Assembly: GCA_976226885.1 (NCBI GenBank)
Contig: OZ320319.1
Coordinates: 33,170,001 to 33,234,000 of the forward strand
DNA from: Iphione sp. A-MEVVRFRX5
Lineage: Eukaryota
Reading direction: 5' to 3'
DNA: 64,000 nt
In this document: positions 49,738 to 64,000 of the stretch, piece after piece
Layout of the letters: each line of letters begins with the position of its first letter
How positions within the stretch are numbered: position 1 is the stretch's first letter
The notes under the pieces: model-generated
The model's database searches: none
Told to the model about the DNA's origin: nothing
The model's input: the letters and a program-made list of their open reading frames with translations, nothing else
Translations under genes and position numbers: made by a program

Positions 49738-52700
49738 TGTAGCAATATCATTCAAAAAAGACACTGTGTTGCTCACTGTATGAAGTCATGTGACTGCTTG
49801 CTACCTATAAATAAGGGCCCCGTGTGGCAAATAAAGTCGGTCTGCACTTGGATTACATTGTGGCTCTTGTCTCTTCAGGGAATGCTAGGAGCACATACCC
49901 ACTTGGATCTACCTTAGGGTTAGCTTGTGGGAGAAGCGTATTGGATTATCAAATGAGAATTACTAAGCCAGGGAATTAAATACAATAGGAGGATTTACCA
50001 AGTGGGAATAACAACACACATACAACACTTGGGGTTGTAACTTTATTCCAAGGAGTAACTCAAAGGAGATATGAATACATAAATTACACTACTTTATCTG
50101 TCTCTTTATTGATCTATCTGTCTATCTGCCTGTCTATCTAGCTATCTAACTATTCATCTATCTACTGTGACTGAGGTCTTCGCTTCCTTCTCGATTTCTA
50201 CCAAACGCCATGCATTTCCTTCCTAATAGTCTAGGTCTCCCATAAGTTTCTCTTGGATGTTGAGTGTTTGCTCCTTTCCTAACTACTATGTTATGATCAA
50301 CGTAACTCCAGACTTTTCAGTACTTCAATATTTTATCCATGTAATAAATCAAGTATTTTCAGGTATACAGCAAAACCGCCAAAGGGAGCTTGGACTCTAG
50401 GGGTTCTCCGTGCATGACTCGAGAGTGATCAGTCATCCATTAGATTCATTATACACAAGACGTTCCGTGGTGGCCAACCAGACATGCTGCTTGTTTCTAC
50501 CAAAAAAGCATCACCACCCGTTGCAGCTAGTATGCGGAGCTGCATCGCTAATCCCCTCCTGGGTGGTCCCAGTGCTCAGTTTGCTACTCCATAAAAATGA
50601 CAGTCAGGGCATCTTTTATTCTGGTCGGTCAGAACATGCAGCCTCCCGTCCGCAGAGGCGGTCTCCCTGCCAAGGTCTGGCCGTGGGCGGTCTCTCTTAA
50701 TCCACTCTTCTCTGTAACGACAGACAGATGTCCCACCGGGAGAGCATTTTCATGGGTCACATGGGCATACTGAGTATTCGGATGCCCCAAGGACAATAGG
50801 GACCTTTCCGCGATACATACTCAAGGGCGTCACTGGCATGCCCTGCATATTGGGGCGTCAAACCCCTTTACAGCGGATAGATATCCCTGTTACCTTTGTG
50901 TGTCTACACATAAACGTCAGAGGCTTCTTAGAATTTCTTTAATGTCGGATCTAACACGTACGTGTGCCTTTGATTCAGCCATATTACGTCTAGACAACAG
51001 TAATCGTTGATAGAATTGATCAGAAAGCAGGTTCATAAATATCGAGGTCCTTTGTATTTTCATACAGAACCGATTAGCAACTGAGTCATACGTGCCACAA
51101 AAAAGGCTCACTTGCTGAAGTCCCAGCGCATCTGGCGCGGGAATTCAACAATGCAGAATACGAAAAAGGTCTCTACTCTTTGACATGCACTATGTAGGCT
51201 GTTGTAAAACGTCACCAACATATATTACTTTCAGTGCCTGTGCTCTTGTGCATAAGCGAATTAAATTTCAAGTCATTTGTCGTATTCAACTAACCTGGGG
51301 TCGACTAGCCGCCACCTTCTTGGTTTGTCTGGCAGACGTTAGGATATACATCTTGACAAAAATTAGATGCGCACATACAAATCTACATTTCCTACGTGGC
51401 TCTTGCTGGTGGACTCATACATGTATTTTATATCTGATTTTGCATTTGTACGGATTACACCGGGTAGACATCTTATGTTTTCACTAAATCACTTCCACAA
51501 ACATTTCAAGCATTCTCTTCTTTTCCAGCAATCAAATTTGAACATATCATATGTCCATCGTTCAACCTTGATAGAACGTAAGTTTAGATGCTAAATAAGA
51601 GCTTTTGATGTTGGGTTTTTAGAAAGTTTTATTTTTTTAATAGACCGGGCATAAGTATAAGAACTGTTTCTAAAACAGGCGTTCATATGCGTATATTCCT
51701 GAATATTAATAGTTTCGGCACATGTTAGGTCAACAATTAGTCTAAATTCATGGGGGTAATTCAATTTACATAACCTAACGTTATTGACACAGAATTGGGG
51801 AAAGACAAGCGGACAATTAGGTGAAGAGGTGCCTGGAGACGAAATACGGAAGAAAAGGGGTGATAAATCATTTGAACGGAGCTTGAGAACTGGAAAAACG
51901 CCAGTGTCTTTCCCTGGAGCGCCATTTAACATGTACGTGTTTATGCACACGTGAATGATTAATATATGCATGCACATACATACATGCATGTATACATGTG
52001 ATGTATTCTATGAATAGATACTTATCTTTCCATATGAATACAGGGGGACACCTTGGCATGTCCAGTTACATAGCATTAAAATATACAAAAACGCATCCTT
52101 GACATATCTACTGCGCGGGAATGCCATTGTCACCGGGTACGCGAGTAAAGGAAGCGGATAACAATCAGGTCCAATATGATTGAGTTTCTGTGTCTCGCGC
52201 TGACAACCGCGGGGGGGTATGATGCTATCAACAGGCTGAAAGGCTGGTCAATAAAGGCCAGGTTGGGTGCAGCACGGAGATGAGCAGAGTGGGATTACCA
52301 GTCCCGTCAAAGGTAGTGTCATCCTCAATGCCCTTTATGGGTCAGATAAGCAGGGTTTCTGCGGTATCACCGGCGACAGACATATTCAGTGGATCATAAC
52401 CTTAAGCATCCGCATAGGGCTCAATATGTAACGGGGTTCCAGGGGTAATGCCGCAACTGAAAATACTGATAGGTCCCGTTGAAATATTGCACACACACTG
52501 GGCAAACCACAACGGCGCCCAACAAAGAGAATTAAATAACAGGTCTCCTGCATTGAATATCCTCCCCGGCCTGAGTAGTGATGACGTTTAAAAAATCCCT
52601 AAATGTATCATACCATAAATAAAAGCCTCTTTTATTGAATTACACTGATTGTAAACGAAAGCTGTGGATGACAGGAAACCGCGGTTAATGCATACCTTGG

Positions 52701-55700
52701 AACTTTATTTAGTCAGGCCGTCAAAATACCATCACATTTCTGTGCAGTGAAGTCTTGTAACGCAGACTAAACATGGCAGTCTTATAAAGTGGCGTGTATA
52801 GCAGACCATGCCCCCGGGATGAGGACGTTAAGTGACAGGAAAGGGGCAGCGCTCAGCCTGATATAATAACCAAGTGCGGAGACCCCCTAACCTTGAACGC
52901 CACTCTCCACATACTACTCTGCCAGCCACTGTTATATCCCAAACCATCTGTGTATCTTCAGAAGTGGTTACAAGGGCCAGAACTGTCCTAAACATGTATC
53001 CGATCATTGACCTTTTGACGTAAAATATATATAAATATGACCTTATCTCAACTTTGCTTGAGGTGACCCGCGACGGTGAGGCCGAGCGGGCTGCAGTGAA
53101 ACCATTTCCTAACCGTTTTAAGATCCAGTGACGTCCTTTTAAATTTCGTTACAAATCAGTATCAGAGGAGAGCATATTGAATAGAATATAATGTTATTTG
53201 TGTTAAAACAACGTGTTAAGAGGAACGGTCGACATTTTACCAGAATGTTCTCCGGGAGAACGCTTGAGTATAGAGGGTTCCTTTCTACCGAATTCGCTCC
53301 TCCCCAAACTAAATGGCGTCTTCTGTGAATATTTGATAGGTTTCCTTAACATACTGGTTGGCCTTGAAAAGTACATGACCTTGAACATTATTATTCTCAC
53401 ACTAACGGCTCTTGCACTGGTGTATTGATGGTCGTGTTGTCCCTGGCGTCCAGGATGCTGGTCTAATCCGCACATCAGATCTGTCATAGTCCTGTCAGTG
53501 GGGTTGGAAGGCTCGCCAGGGTCTTACTAACCTGCTCACTGAAAGGCTCATCAATGGAGGGTCTGGGTGAGCGGCTCTGGTCCTGCTAGAAACCAGGTGG
53601 CGGCGGCTCTTCTGGAACTTACGCAGACAGGTTGCCCAATACACTTGGGCGGTAGTGCAGTTGCGGAATTATCCGAAATGGTTTATACAATGTTCTCATC
53701 AACATGGGCTCACACATAAATGCACTAAATATCCAAGATCAGGTATTAGGCGAGGCTGTAGTCAATCGTCTGGGGTTACATGGTTAGGAACCGCCTACAC
53801 GGTCTAATAAGTCACTTGTCTGTCCAGAAGGGAAGTTTGATAGAGAATAATTTCTACCCGGGTTCCATGGTTTAATGGTACGCAATATAGCAACCGAAAT
53901 TATAACCAACGAATGATTGATTTTAAAATTTACCCCATATTTTGTTGACAGTTAGTACGTATACAGCAACTGTCGTATACAACACTGTGAAAAGACATAA
54001 CCGTAGTATTTTTCGCGTCTTTATTTCTGTCTCTATCTCTCGATATAGCTGGTTTTCCTTCTCCACCTATCTCTTCGCCTTTAAACCTCGATCCCCGCTG
54101 TATGTTTGTCCCCATGTCTTTCTCTTCCTATCTACTTCTCCCTCGCTTACTCCTCCATTTCTCTAGTTTAGTGGGTCTTTCTTCCACCAGGGAGGATCAA
54201 CGTCAGCTAAGCAGCGATGCATGGCGTCCTGGACCCACCTATGATAGGGCAGGATTTGTCTCCTGCGCCATTCGGTTAAAGCACTGCTCTTTGCTTGGCG
54301 ACCAAGATTGTAGTGAAAGGCCCTTTGCTCCGGCTGGTGATACAGGCCCCTCGCCGTGGAGTTAGTTTGCTGAATCTACCGAGCAAAGAGGTCGGCACTT
54401 GAGTACCGATGACAGCTCCGTTTTACCCTTCAGCAGTTGCGCTGCGTTCACTCTGGGCGGGTCGGTGCACCAATGGGCAATGTTTGGCATGCAGTTGGGT
54501 ACGTTGTGTGTACTTAAACCCCTTACCCGTGACGGTCAGAGGAACAAATCGAACATCAGTATCTCCTTTGCGGTTGTACCGTAAACGACATATCTACGGC
54601 CAACAGGGACAAACTGTAACACGTACGTTTACTTTATGTTGGGACATGTTTAATTTTATGAATCGTAAAATTTGGTCTGCATCTTTTAGGAGAACTGATA
54701 AAATTTGTCGGACATTCTTAGTTTGACAAAACTCGAGAGGGATACAGTCAGCGACGACTTGTTCCCGAACACCCATTGTAAATGAATAAACCAGAGCGCG
54801 TAAGTGAGGTATCCAACGGCGTGGGAGCTGTACCTACTTGTGATGTATAAATTGCCGGAGATGCCTAATCCAATCATTTAGGATTCCACGCAGACAGGCC
54901 GGGTGTCAAGCTCGCCATCTTTTCAAGGCCACTTCCTGCTGCCCTACCACCTGATTGGTCGCCCTGAAAGCCGGACACTTTTCTGGCGTGAATTTGTACA
55001 CCTCAAACACAGAGGTGCCATCACGTACTGGGCGCGTGGTGTCTAACCAGGCGGCCTGTCAAACCGAATGGCCCCCGACGTTTCTGCTAGAAAGAGTAGT
55101 CAAATGGTGTTAGCTACGGTCCGTGGCCCCTGGAAGCAGCTCATGCTGAAGGGGGCTGATCTAGACACTGACCCCGTAGCGCCCTCTATCACGACGCGTT
55201 CTGCTGCATAATAAATCTCCGATCACGGGGATGTGCGTTCCTATATTCCTCTTTGGTTTCTTTCCATTAGGTCTAGCCCTTAGTGTTTGGGTTACGTGAT
55301 GTGGACCGTGAATGGATTTCGGTCGCATCGTGCGGAAGAATGTGTTTGGAAGAGGATTTTATAATGAAAAGTTGTATTAGGTTTACATACTTATCTTTCC
55401 GCTGTAAAAAAGGTGTCTTGTCAGTTTTGTTTTCTTTTTCTACCATCATGTAGTCTTTGTAATGTAGTTTTATCTAGATTTTCTTCTGGTTCCTCAATTG
55501 CTACAATTTATCACTGATTTTCATATTTGGAAACATCTAATGAATACGGGCCAGTATTCGTTTTCTTACAACTGCTAATATGATGCCCATATTTTACCAA
55601 CTGTTTACAAAGTCTACTGACTGAGGGCTAATTAATAACTCAGAAATTATATTTAGCATCAAATGCCACATTGAATTACAAAAGCATGGCATCGGGCATT

Positions 55701-56983
55701 GCTTTGCTATACCAACATTTAGTGTTTGACATCTGCAAATGTTTTGCAAAAAGTTATCAATAGGGTAGTAAGCGTATGTTCATTTTAAGTGATTACTTCT
55801 CTAGATCCCCGAGTACCTGTGATCAATAAAAGTGACAGAATATTACTCCTATTTCTTAGAGTTCCACACGAAGAAAATATATTGGAAATTCATAGGACTT
55901 TGGTTTTAATAGTGTTTATTGTGAGAGAATTATCGACAGCAGTCATGCTGTGAAGAGACCATTCGTCCTTGTTTGAAGTAAAGAAAGCAGGCTTTCAGAA
56001 TGTACACAAAGCAAATGTATAGAAAAGGCATATAAAGAATACAACACCTCAAATTAACTTCCCTTGAAAGTGATATCTGAACTGAGTTTAAAATTCAAAT
56101 TTGGTGGCATTAGTTCTTTGACGTGAAGTAAACTTGTTGGCACAACCAATATTCAGTGACAGTCTTGCGGTGTGAGAAAAAGGGGTCCGAAACCGAAATC
56201 TAATAGAACCAGACCTTTAATTTCAGAACTCTTTAATTTCAGTCAATTTTGTCCTGTAATCTTATTATACCATTCAATCAAAAGGTTCACAGTACTGATA
56301 CCGACCTTTTTCATGGAAATTCAGGGACAAACAGCTAGCTTTATAAAATGTACGACATAAAAAGCAGATACAGATCATATAGAGGAGCCTGTACCATATA
56401 TCTACAGTGAAAGGCTTTGTGGAGCAACGAGAAGAGGGCGGGACCTTATATAGGAAACAGCAGGTGAGGCAGGGAAGGCTGGCAGCTGGAGCTTGCATCT
56501 CAGACTGGGAATAACACGTCAATGAGGTGTACGGGGTGAATGAGGTATCATAAACAATATTACCTTCCAATCAACAATGAGGATAGGATGGTGACTGGGA
56601 ATATCGTCCTTTAGGGCCACATTGGAGGAAAGAGGAAAGTATGCTTGCAGGAGTGGTTAAATATACATGTATATACAAATACGGTTTTCTATACATGTAT
56701 GTCTGTTATAGTTACGAATAACAGGAAAGGGCTGTTTTTGACATTGTTTTCTCCCTCCAGTGACTGAATGCTTTTATCAGTAACCTATTTGTAAGATTAA
56801 CACTGATATGTGCAGTGAAAGAAATCTTATGCAGATGTAATATGCTGACATAAACCTAGTATTAAAAATACAAACCCAGCATAACCCAAAGTTATCTTGT
56901 CACCCATGGGAGAATACTTTTAGGTATTAAAAGTGTATTTATGTATAGGAGCCATTTCAGAAGGAAAAGTACCAAACAATATG

Positions 56984-57133
56984 CAGTCGGAACCCTATTT
57001 TCGACAACCAGTCTGTTTCAAGCTCAAATGTTCGCATTGGTGAATTTGGTCACAAATAGGATATCAAGTGTATACAAATTAAGGTTTTGAGAATGGTCAC
57101 AAATAGATGTGATCGCAAATAGGATTTCGACTG
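56984..57133. mobile_element. Tc1/mariner-pogo-like MITE (150 bp)
   Basis: Termini cagtcggaaccctattt / aaataggatttcgactg, followed by TA. Internal (g)tcacaaatag repeats. Confidence 0.6.
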
Positions 57134-58135
57134 TATATGTCCTCAGTAGCGACTCTGTGGGCAACCCATCTAGGAGGGCAACTCAGACTTGGGCGTAGTT
57201 TTTTCTTGATGGCAGTATACTCTAAAAAATACTAAGATAAACACTGAAATTGGGGCAACCCTTTATTAAGAAGGGTTCTTACTATAAATATTTGCGATTT
57301 GAAGTGAAAAGTCGAGAACAGTTTCAAATTTCATCTGATAGAGGGAAAGAGCAACAATATATAAGGTACAGGCAAAGTAATAACCTGTCAAAAATGTGCA
57401 CAATACAAATATCAACAATATCAAAAGTTTGTCAAGAAACCTGTATTGTTACTGATACATGTATATCCACCTCGTTATGCAGCAATGACAAAGCAAAATG
57501 TTTCATCTTTGTGCTGTGATATTCAATGTCATCAATGGTTTGAAGTACGCGCTTTACTGAATGATATCATCTTAAATGTTTTAGATCCAGTGGAAAGGCT
57601 ATGTTTAGTAATTCCGCGAATTCAGTTTTCTTGAAGGTCGTCACCTTCCCCAAATTAGCCAACGTGTCTAACACAAACACAGTATGTTTGTAAGCGAAGT
57701 TTGAATTTTGTACTCGATGTCATTATGCAGACCGCACCTCGTTTGACTTTGATATCCGTTACCAACACGGATACGTCCGAGAAAGCCCGGACGCGTATAA
57801 GGCCGCCGTTCATCGAACAATCATGGACCCTATCAATCATAAAGCATGACATAAATCTGAGAGGCAGGGAGGATACCCTATGTCAAAAGGTCGCTATGTA
57901 AGAGCACCATCTCCACTGGCCATGCCTAAGTGCTGCTCCCAAACGACAGGGCATGTCAACGGCGCTTCTGCACCGAGGGGCGGGGTTATGTCTCAATAGG
58001 GCACCTTGAACGATACCCTAGGGTTGTTGACCTACTTATATCATAATCAATCTGGCGCGGGCTATTCTCGTGTTTGGTGTAGGGATATATATTTCCTCTT
58101 ACGCTCTGTTAGGTGGGTATCGAGTGCCGATAGTG

Positions 58136-58202
58136 CCCCCCCCCCCACGCACACACATACAGAAAGAGTGGTGGTGGTGGTGGTGGGGGGGGGGGGGGGG
58201 GG
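58136..58202. repeat. C-run / (CA)n / (GGT)n / G-run simple repeat
   Basis: Directly visible low-complexity tract. Confidence 0.9.
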
Positions 58203-59625
58203 TCGGCGGCTTAAATAGACAAGATAATTACCGTTGAAGTCTGAGTATGATGTTAATTAACGTACGCCGTTGAGAACAGGCATTCTTATCACTAGTGTAA
58301 GGTTACTTTAGAGTTATGTTATGAAATGTATTTTCCTGGGAATCCTCTAACAGTGTTGTATTAATTACCTGGAGGAATTAAAATGTCACCACAGAATACA
58401 CTTTCGGGTACTCAAACCACTAATGAGGAAAATCAGGAGACTGATTGGGGGGGGGGGGCGGTTATAAAAACAGTAGTTCCAAAACAGGCAAATGTAGACA
58501 GTATGTACATGATTTTCTCGCTCCACTGGTACATATGTCCAGAACTGTTCTGGATATGGTAGGTTGTAATATATACTGGTTCTTTCTGAGACTAACCGGG
58601 AAAACGGAGGAATAAACCTGAATGTGCTGCCTTCATGACTGGCACATGAATGACTTCGCCCTGAAGAAACCTTGGAAAGTTGACTCCAAGCAGTGAATCT
58701 ATATTTAGGGAGCCTTAAAGGCGCTTACTGCGGAAAATCGGGATAATACGCCTCCTAGAGTAAAGGCTGAAATATTTTTCCCATCTCGTCTTTCGAAGGT
58801 AAGTGCTCATACCTAATAAGATCAGAAAGGTGCTACCGGCGTGCTACGCACGGAAAACAAGGGGGCCTTTTGAATGTTGGCTGGCAAGAAAGGAAGCATT
58901 GTTATCAGTGAAAAATAACATTGTTTAAAATCATATAAATGGAAGGCGGAGTCTTTTGTACACGGCGAAACAGTCCGACATATTTGTCAGGTTCTCTTGT
59001 CAAGGTGTCTATACATAGATACAGCAGTGATGCATCGCGAGCAGGTTATACAGCAGTTACATTTCCATTCACCAGACGGCGACTCTGGGCTGGCGACTGA
59101 AAGCCGCACCTGTGCAGCTTAGCCATACCAACAGAGGGGGCAGCCATGTATCACTCTCAACACAGCGCACAATCTTGCCAAAGTATATTCATTAGTTTTT
59201 GCCCCTTGCAGATTTTTTTTGGAAACAAGATCAATAGCGTTCGATATAATGCATGGCTCAGAGAATTCAACGCTCAGAACTTACTGCACAAAGCTCGGTC
59301 CGGGCGGTCTTTGTCTACATCCTATTAAATAAAGCATTGTGAGGTGACACAGATCAGTTGGGAACTCTAGTTATCAGAAAAGCAAGAAACTTTGGTTTGT
59401 TAATGCTGGGAAGGATTCATTCTTACGTCATTGCACCACATGAGTTTAACCTCACATTGACGGAACAAGTACGGCGATATTATTACTAGGTTACCAGTTC
59501 GATTATATGTGTAACCAATGTCTTTCGTGGTAGGATTTGTAAAGGTTTTAATTAAGCAGTAATGACAACAGAGTTTTCATCACAAGATCCACAGGCTTTC
59601 CCTGTAAATGAATTAGATCTCACAT

Positions 59626-59702
59626 AAGGAGTTGGCTCAGTTGGTAGAGCAATGGTCCAATGATTGAGAGGTCACAGGTTCAATCCTGGGCCTGGGACTC
59701 TT
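59626..59702 (+). pseudogene. tRNA pseudogene or tRNA-derived SINE head
   Basis: A-box TGGCTCAGTTGG, D-arm GCTC...GAGC and B-box GGTTCAATCC (59677-59686). The anticodon stem does not pair and a cctggg duplication displaces the acceptor 3' strand. The resemblance to tRNA-Ile(AAT) is by eye only. Confidence 0.65.
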
Positions 59703-61964
59703 GATCATGAACAGAGAGATTTATTGTAGGCAGAACCCAGAGTGGTCCACAACTCATAAAAAAGCTGTGGATGTATAGGATTTTGTCCCCTTTGCACACA
59801 AAAGACCCAGAAACCTTTTCGAAATAAGAGCAAGGGGCAATCCTGGATATTCTATTCTCTCAATTCTCAATAAAAGATGGTAGTATGCTATCCCAGGAGG
59901 ATATGGAAGAGGCCTGTCATGATGACAGGTGAATATATTTCTGGTAAAAGACACAATGAAATGAAAAATGAAATCAGCTTATAGTAGGATTCCTTGTTGA
60001 GTCCAGTTGTTTTATTTATATTGCTTCCTGTGAAGGGCACATATGTCTGAGTGGAATGGAAAGAGATCCCTCTGCATTGTACCCAATCATCTGCATGAGC
60101 ACTAATGTCATAGCGTACTTTACAACACCACTTTCAGGAAAGGGTTGGGTTTTCTTTACTTTTCTTGTGTTTACTTAAAAATCACACTGGATTTTTCGAA
60201 GCAAATATTTTTCTAATACGATTTGCCTGACATTCACAACATGTGGATAGTCATGTATACAGAGTGATACAGTGTCATTTGTATCACAGGTGATTACACA
60301 ATACATGTTGCGAGGTCTCCGCCTATGATCCCTTTTCCTATTTGTGTCGTAGAAAAATTGTTTTTTTTTTATTTTCACAGTCCTTTAACAATCCCCCATG
60401 CTTTTTCCACACGCCGAACGACATCATCTCCTCTGCTTCAAACTGTGAGAAGGAGTTTTTAGGCTACTTTGTAAAGCCTGTCATCAGACCTCTTACTGCA
60501 GCTACGTTTTTAACTGTTTTCTTTCCCATTAAAAAGCCTATGAGAGAACCCGCTAATGGTATATAGGGAGCTAGCTGTTAGTCTGAGAGTTTTGCATGGA
60601 TGGCTACAGAGCCATTCAGCTATTGCACCTGTGTACATGACCTCTATCAATACTGCCTACTACATATATACATCTCGGAAAGAAATTTGATCGTTTAATA
60701 TGCACGTTTTACCTATGTTTTACATAATGTCTTATTTTTCAACAGAGCAAAATCACTCTGTAGAAAGTCGCTTCACCAGCTGCCCATCTTCCTCTATCCT
60801 TGTTCAAAGAATGATTAACTAATATGTGACAGACCTTTGTGCAGGAATGTGTTTAGTGTTGTCAATGTTGTTTCCGGGCTCTATGTTTACTTTTATTCTA
60901 ACAGGTGATTATATAGGCTGATTAATCATAGATTTTGTAGTAATAATCATAACAGATACTATCGTAAACCATCTTCCCCCTCTCCTCGACCACACTGTCC
61001 CACATTTTGTGGTTAAAAGCCCGTTAATGAGGGATAACTGTAGGCTGAGCTCCTGTTTCGAGGCCAAACACCCTCTTCATAGTAGCATCCTAAATAATAT
61101 CCTCGATGCTTTGGACATTACTCTTAATCATTACTTAAATTGTCATGGTCGCTTAAAGGTACTATTTCATATTTATTGGAGGAGGTCTTAGAACTTGGTG
61201 TGTTTTCTTAATGTTTCAGAAAGATATCACGAGGAAAGACTTGGTTGAAAGAAAGCCATATGATATTATTTATTTAATCAATTTTCATGTCTGCTGTAAT
61301 GTTTAGTAGACAATGTACACGGATTCATTCTTGTAAGAACTGAACATAATAAGTAGAAATTCATTAAGGCTCATCTTTATACCATAAAGATAGCGCCAAT
61401 TACTTATGCATGTGTTGAGGTCCTAGGTAAGATGGAATTAGTAGAATATTAGCACTGTGTCATCCGCCCAAACAGAATTTGGACATACTCATGCTACTGT
61501 TGACCTAATGAACCAATAGTCTGGGGCCACTACTATAGATTTCGTCGAAGTTATGTTGATGAGCCATTATTCAGCACCTTTCGTACGCAAGTTACTTCAT
61601 TCAGGAATTAAGCCACCCATTGATCATTATTGCCTGCATCAAAGGTTTAGTTACTTGGCTACAAGCAGATTCATATCCAAGCAGAAGTTATACTGGTATC
61701 AAATTTTAAAGTTAGTGACCGGGCACTGCTTAGGCTATGAGATGGGTTTCACATGCATCCTATATCTTTTCAAGATATGTTGTCCAATGTGCATACCCCC
61801 CCCCTCATAGAGCAGCATGATGATATAATAACACCTAGTTCCGAGATGGTTCCTAAAGTGGTTCTCTAAGGCTTCATAAGCCATTGTGCAAGATAACCCA
61901 ATCCAGATGGCTATGAAGAAATTCCAACAGATGTGTTAAGCATAGGTTGATCAGCAACCACCAA

Positions 61965-63241
61965 TTGACTCTGTGGACCACTCAATTCTATTAAGAAAGT
62001 TACCAAAATTTGGAGTAATGGGAAGGAATCTAGCTTGGGTTAAAAACTACTTAACAGACAGAAGGCAATTTGTTGCATGTAATGGTTTGTCATCAGCCAT
62101 GCTATCGGTTACCTGTGGGGTACCACAGGGATTGATACTCGGGCCATTGTTCTTCCTTCTTTTTATTAACGACCTTCCAGCTAAACTTAAGGATTACAAG
62201 ATATATATGTATGCTGATGATGTGGTGGTTTTGGTGGATGGTAAGAATGTGAATGAGCTTGAATGCAAAATTTTGAATGTTGGATATAGATTATTGAGGT
62301 ATATGCAAGAATCGAAAATTCTTATAAACTTCAACAAAACCAAGTGTCTGCATTTCAAATATATGAGATGTAATCCAACAAATACTCTTGGCCCCAAGGT
62401 CAAGTTAGGTAATGTAGACATAGATGTAGTTGAAGAAATAAAGTACTTAGGAGTTCTGTTAGACTCAAAATTGTCAATGTCACGTTCTAACAATTACACA
62501 ATAAGGAAGGTAATGAGTCGGACAACTTATTTTAGGAAAATTAGAAAATACCTGGACACCCAAAGTGCTATACAAATAGCTAGAACAACCATATTACCAG
62601 TCACGGAGTATGCTAGTGTAGTAAACACTAATATTCGATCAAGAGCCTTCATCAAGTTGATGAGGATTCGTTGTGCAATTGTTAATGTTGCCTATGGTTA
62701 TAATCGTCACACTCTGAATGAGATAATTGATGACTATGTACAATTCAGGAATAGGAGGTTGTTGTCGATTAGTTACGACTGGGCCCGTGAACTTGGTCTA
62801 AATAGGCTAACAAGACTAACAGGTAGATGAGGTATAGTCATACCAAAGCCAAAAAGGGAGTCATATAAGCACTCTATTGAATTTTTATGTAGTTCACTAT
62901 GGGCTGAAATGCCAGCAAGGATAACCAAGCTTTCGAAGAAAGAATACCTTTTGTATGTGGCAAAACTAGGTAGGGAATTCAGCCTTTCTTACGAAGTAAC
63001 ATGAGGAGATGTCATTGACTATTGTGTATTGTTTTAGGTATGTGAACAATGTAGTTACCACAACATCCGTGTGATTTATACCTGGTGCAGTGAGATAACG
63101 TCTCTCTATTATAGAGATATTGAGTTGCTTTTTGACACATGGGGTATATCCGCTGTGTACATTTCGACTGATTAGAAGCTGTCAACTAAATAATAGTAAG
63201 AAAGTGGACAAGGCATGGGGCATAGCCGCTGTCCTTGTCAC
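61965..63241 (+). mobile_element. 5'-truncated non-LTR retrotransposon (L2/CR1/Crack group): RT, C-terminus and 3' UTR
   Basis: ORF 61973-62830 has DSVDHSILL, W..NYL.DRRQFV, GVPQGLILGP, FINDLP, YADD and KYLGVLLD. After one TGA (62828-62830) the frame continues IPK...S....LW..MP to 63004. A 3' stem-loop GACAAGG...CCTTGTC lies at 63204-63241. Confidence 0.9.
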
Positions 63242-64000
63242 TTTTATCTATTTAATTGTTTTCTGAATAATTACATGACTCTACATAATAGTAAGTTTCA
63301 CATTCATGATCAGAACCATGCAATTATTTTCTAATTCCATAATCTAAATTCTCAATCAGTTCTATATCAGAATACTAGTATATATCCTTTTCCTTTTTCG
63401 ACTATCACATCATTGTATTATTGACTAATGTTTACTGGATTTACATACAATAATGTATATCACTCCAGCGGAAATAAAGATTAAAAAAAAAAAAGCTATC
63501 ATGGAGACACTATCAGAAACATCCAAAAGCTCTGTTGAGTATCAGCAAACTAATAGAAATGCAAACAGAAACTTGAAGCTATCATGGGTACATGTGAGAC
63601 CTGCCTTACAAGTTGTCCTGTGAGTGAGCTGTTGTGGAAGCTGCGTTGACAGCTCCAACTGTCCCCGGCTGCCCTGGGCGTACTTAGAAATCGATTTTGA
63701 ACAAAATAGCAAATTATCATTGGAATGATTATTTACATGTTGCAGGGAGACAAACAACTGAACTTCTGATTTTTGTGCTTGTTTTATCAATGTTGAAGAG
63801 TATTAGTTTGCTTGTCAAAGCACCACTGTAAGGCGGGGATACTAGAGACAGTTTTAAATCTTTTTCTTTATTACTAATGATTTTTTACTTAAAGTCTAAT
63901 AAGCGGATAAAATACAATAGATACGTTTATGACAGATGTTAAATTGGTTCAACATTTGTAAATTCAGAATATTCTGGTTATTATGTATGTCTTATGTAAG

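Noticed and set aside
49738-49857. Possible solo LTR (TG...TATAAAT...AATAAA...TTACA)
   Set aside because: Only about 120 bp long, with no TSD, no PBS and no partner copy in the window.

Overview
This is AT-rich, repeat-dense eukaryotic (metazoan) genomic DNA. Frequent TACATGTA motifs and the TE types suggest a marine invertebrate, which is inference only. No intact host gene can be recognised. The dominant feature is a complete and apparently very young 4779-bp tyrosine-recombinase retrotransposon of the Ngaro type on the minus strand (14429-19207). It has identical split direct repeats (A1-gag-RT/RNaseH-YR-B1-A2-spacer-B2) and all catalytic motifs are intact. Its YR reading frame has no ATG before the catalytic residues, and I see no slippery site in the gag/pol overlap. 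One near-consensus phase-1 splice donor inside gag (GT at 18638) fits in frame with two phase-1 acceptors, one at the start of the pol frame (AG ending 18157) and one at the start of the YR frame (AG ending 16159). This predicts Gag, GagN-RT/RH and GagN-YR proteins made by alternative splicing, and is the best candidate for an undescribed mechanism in the window. The rest holds a 5'-truncated L2/CR1-group LINE, other LINE remnants, a fold-back PIF/Harbinger-like MITE, EnSpm-like and Tc1/pogo-like non-autonomous elements, tRNA-derived heads and several decayed coding-like tracts I could not identify.
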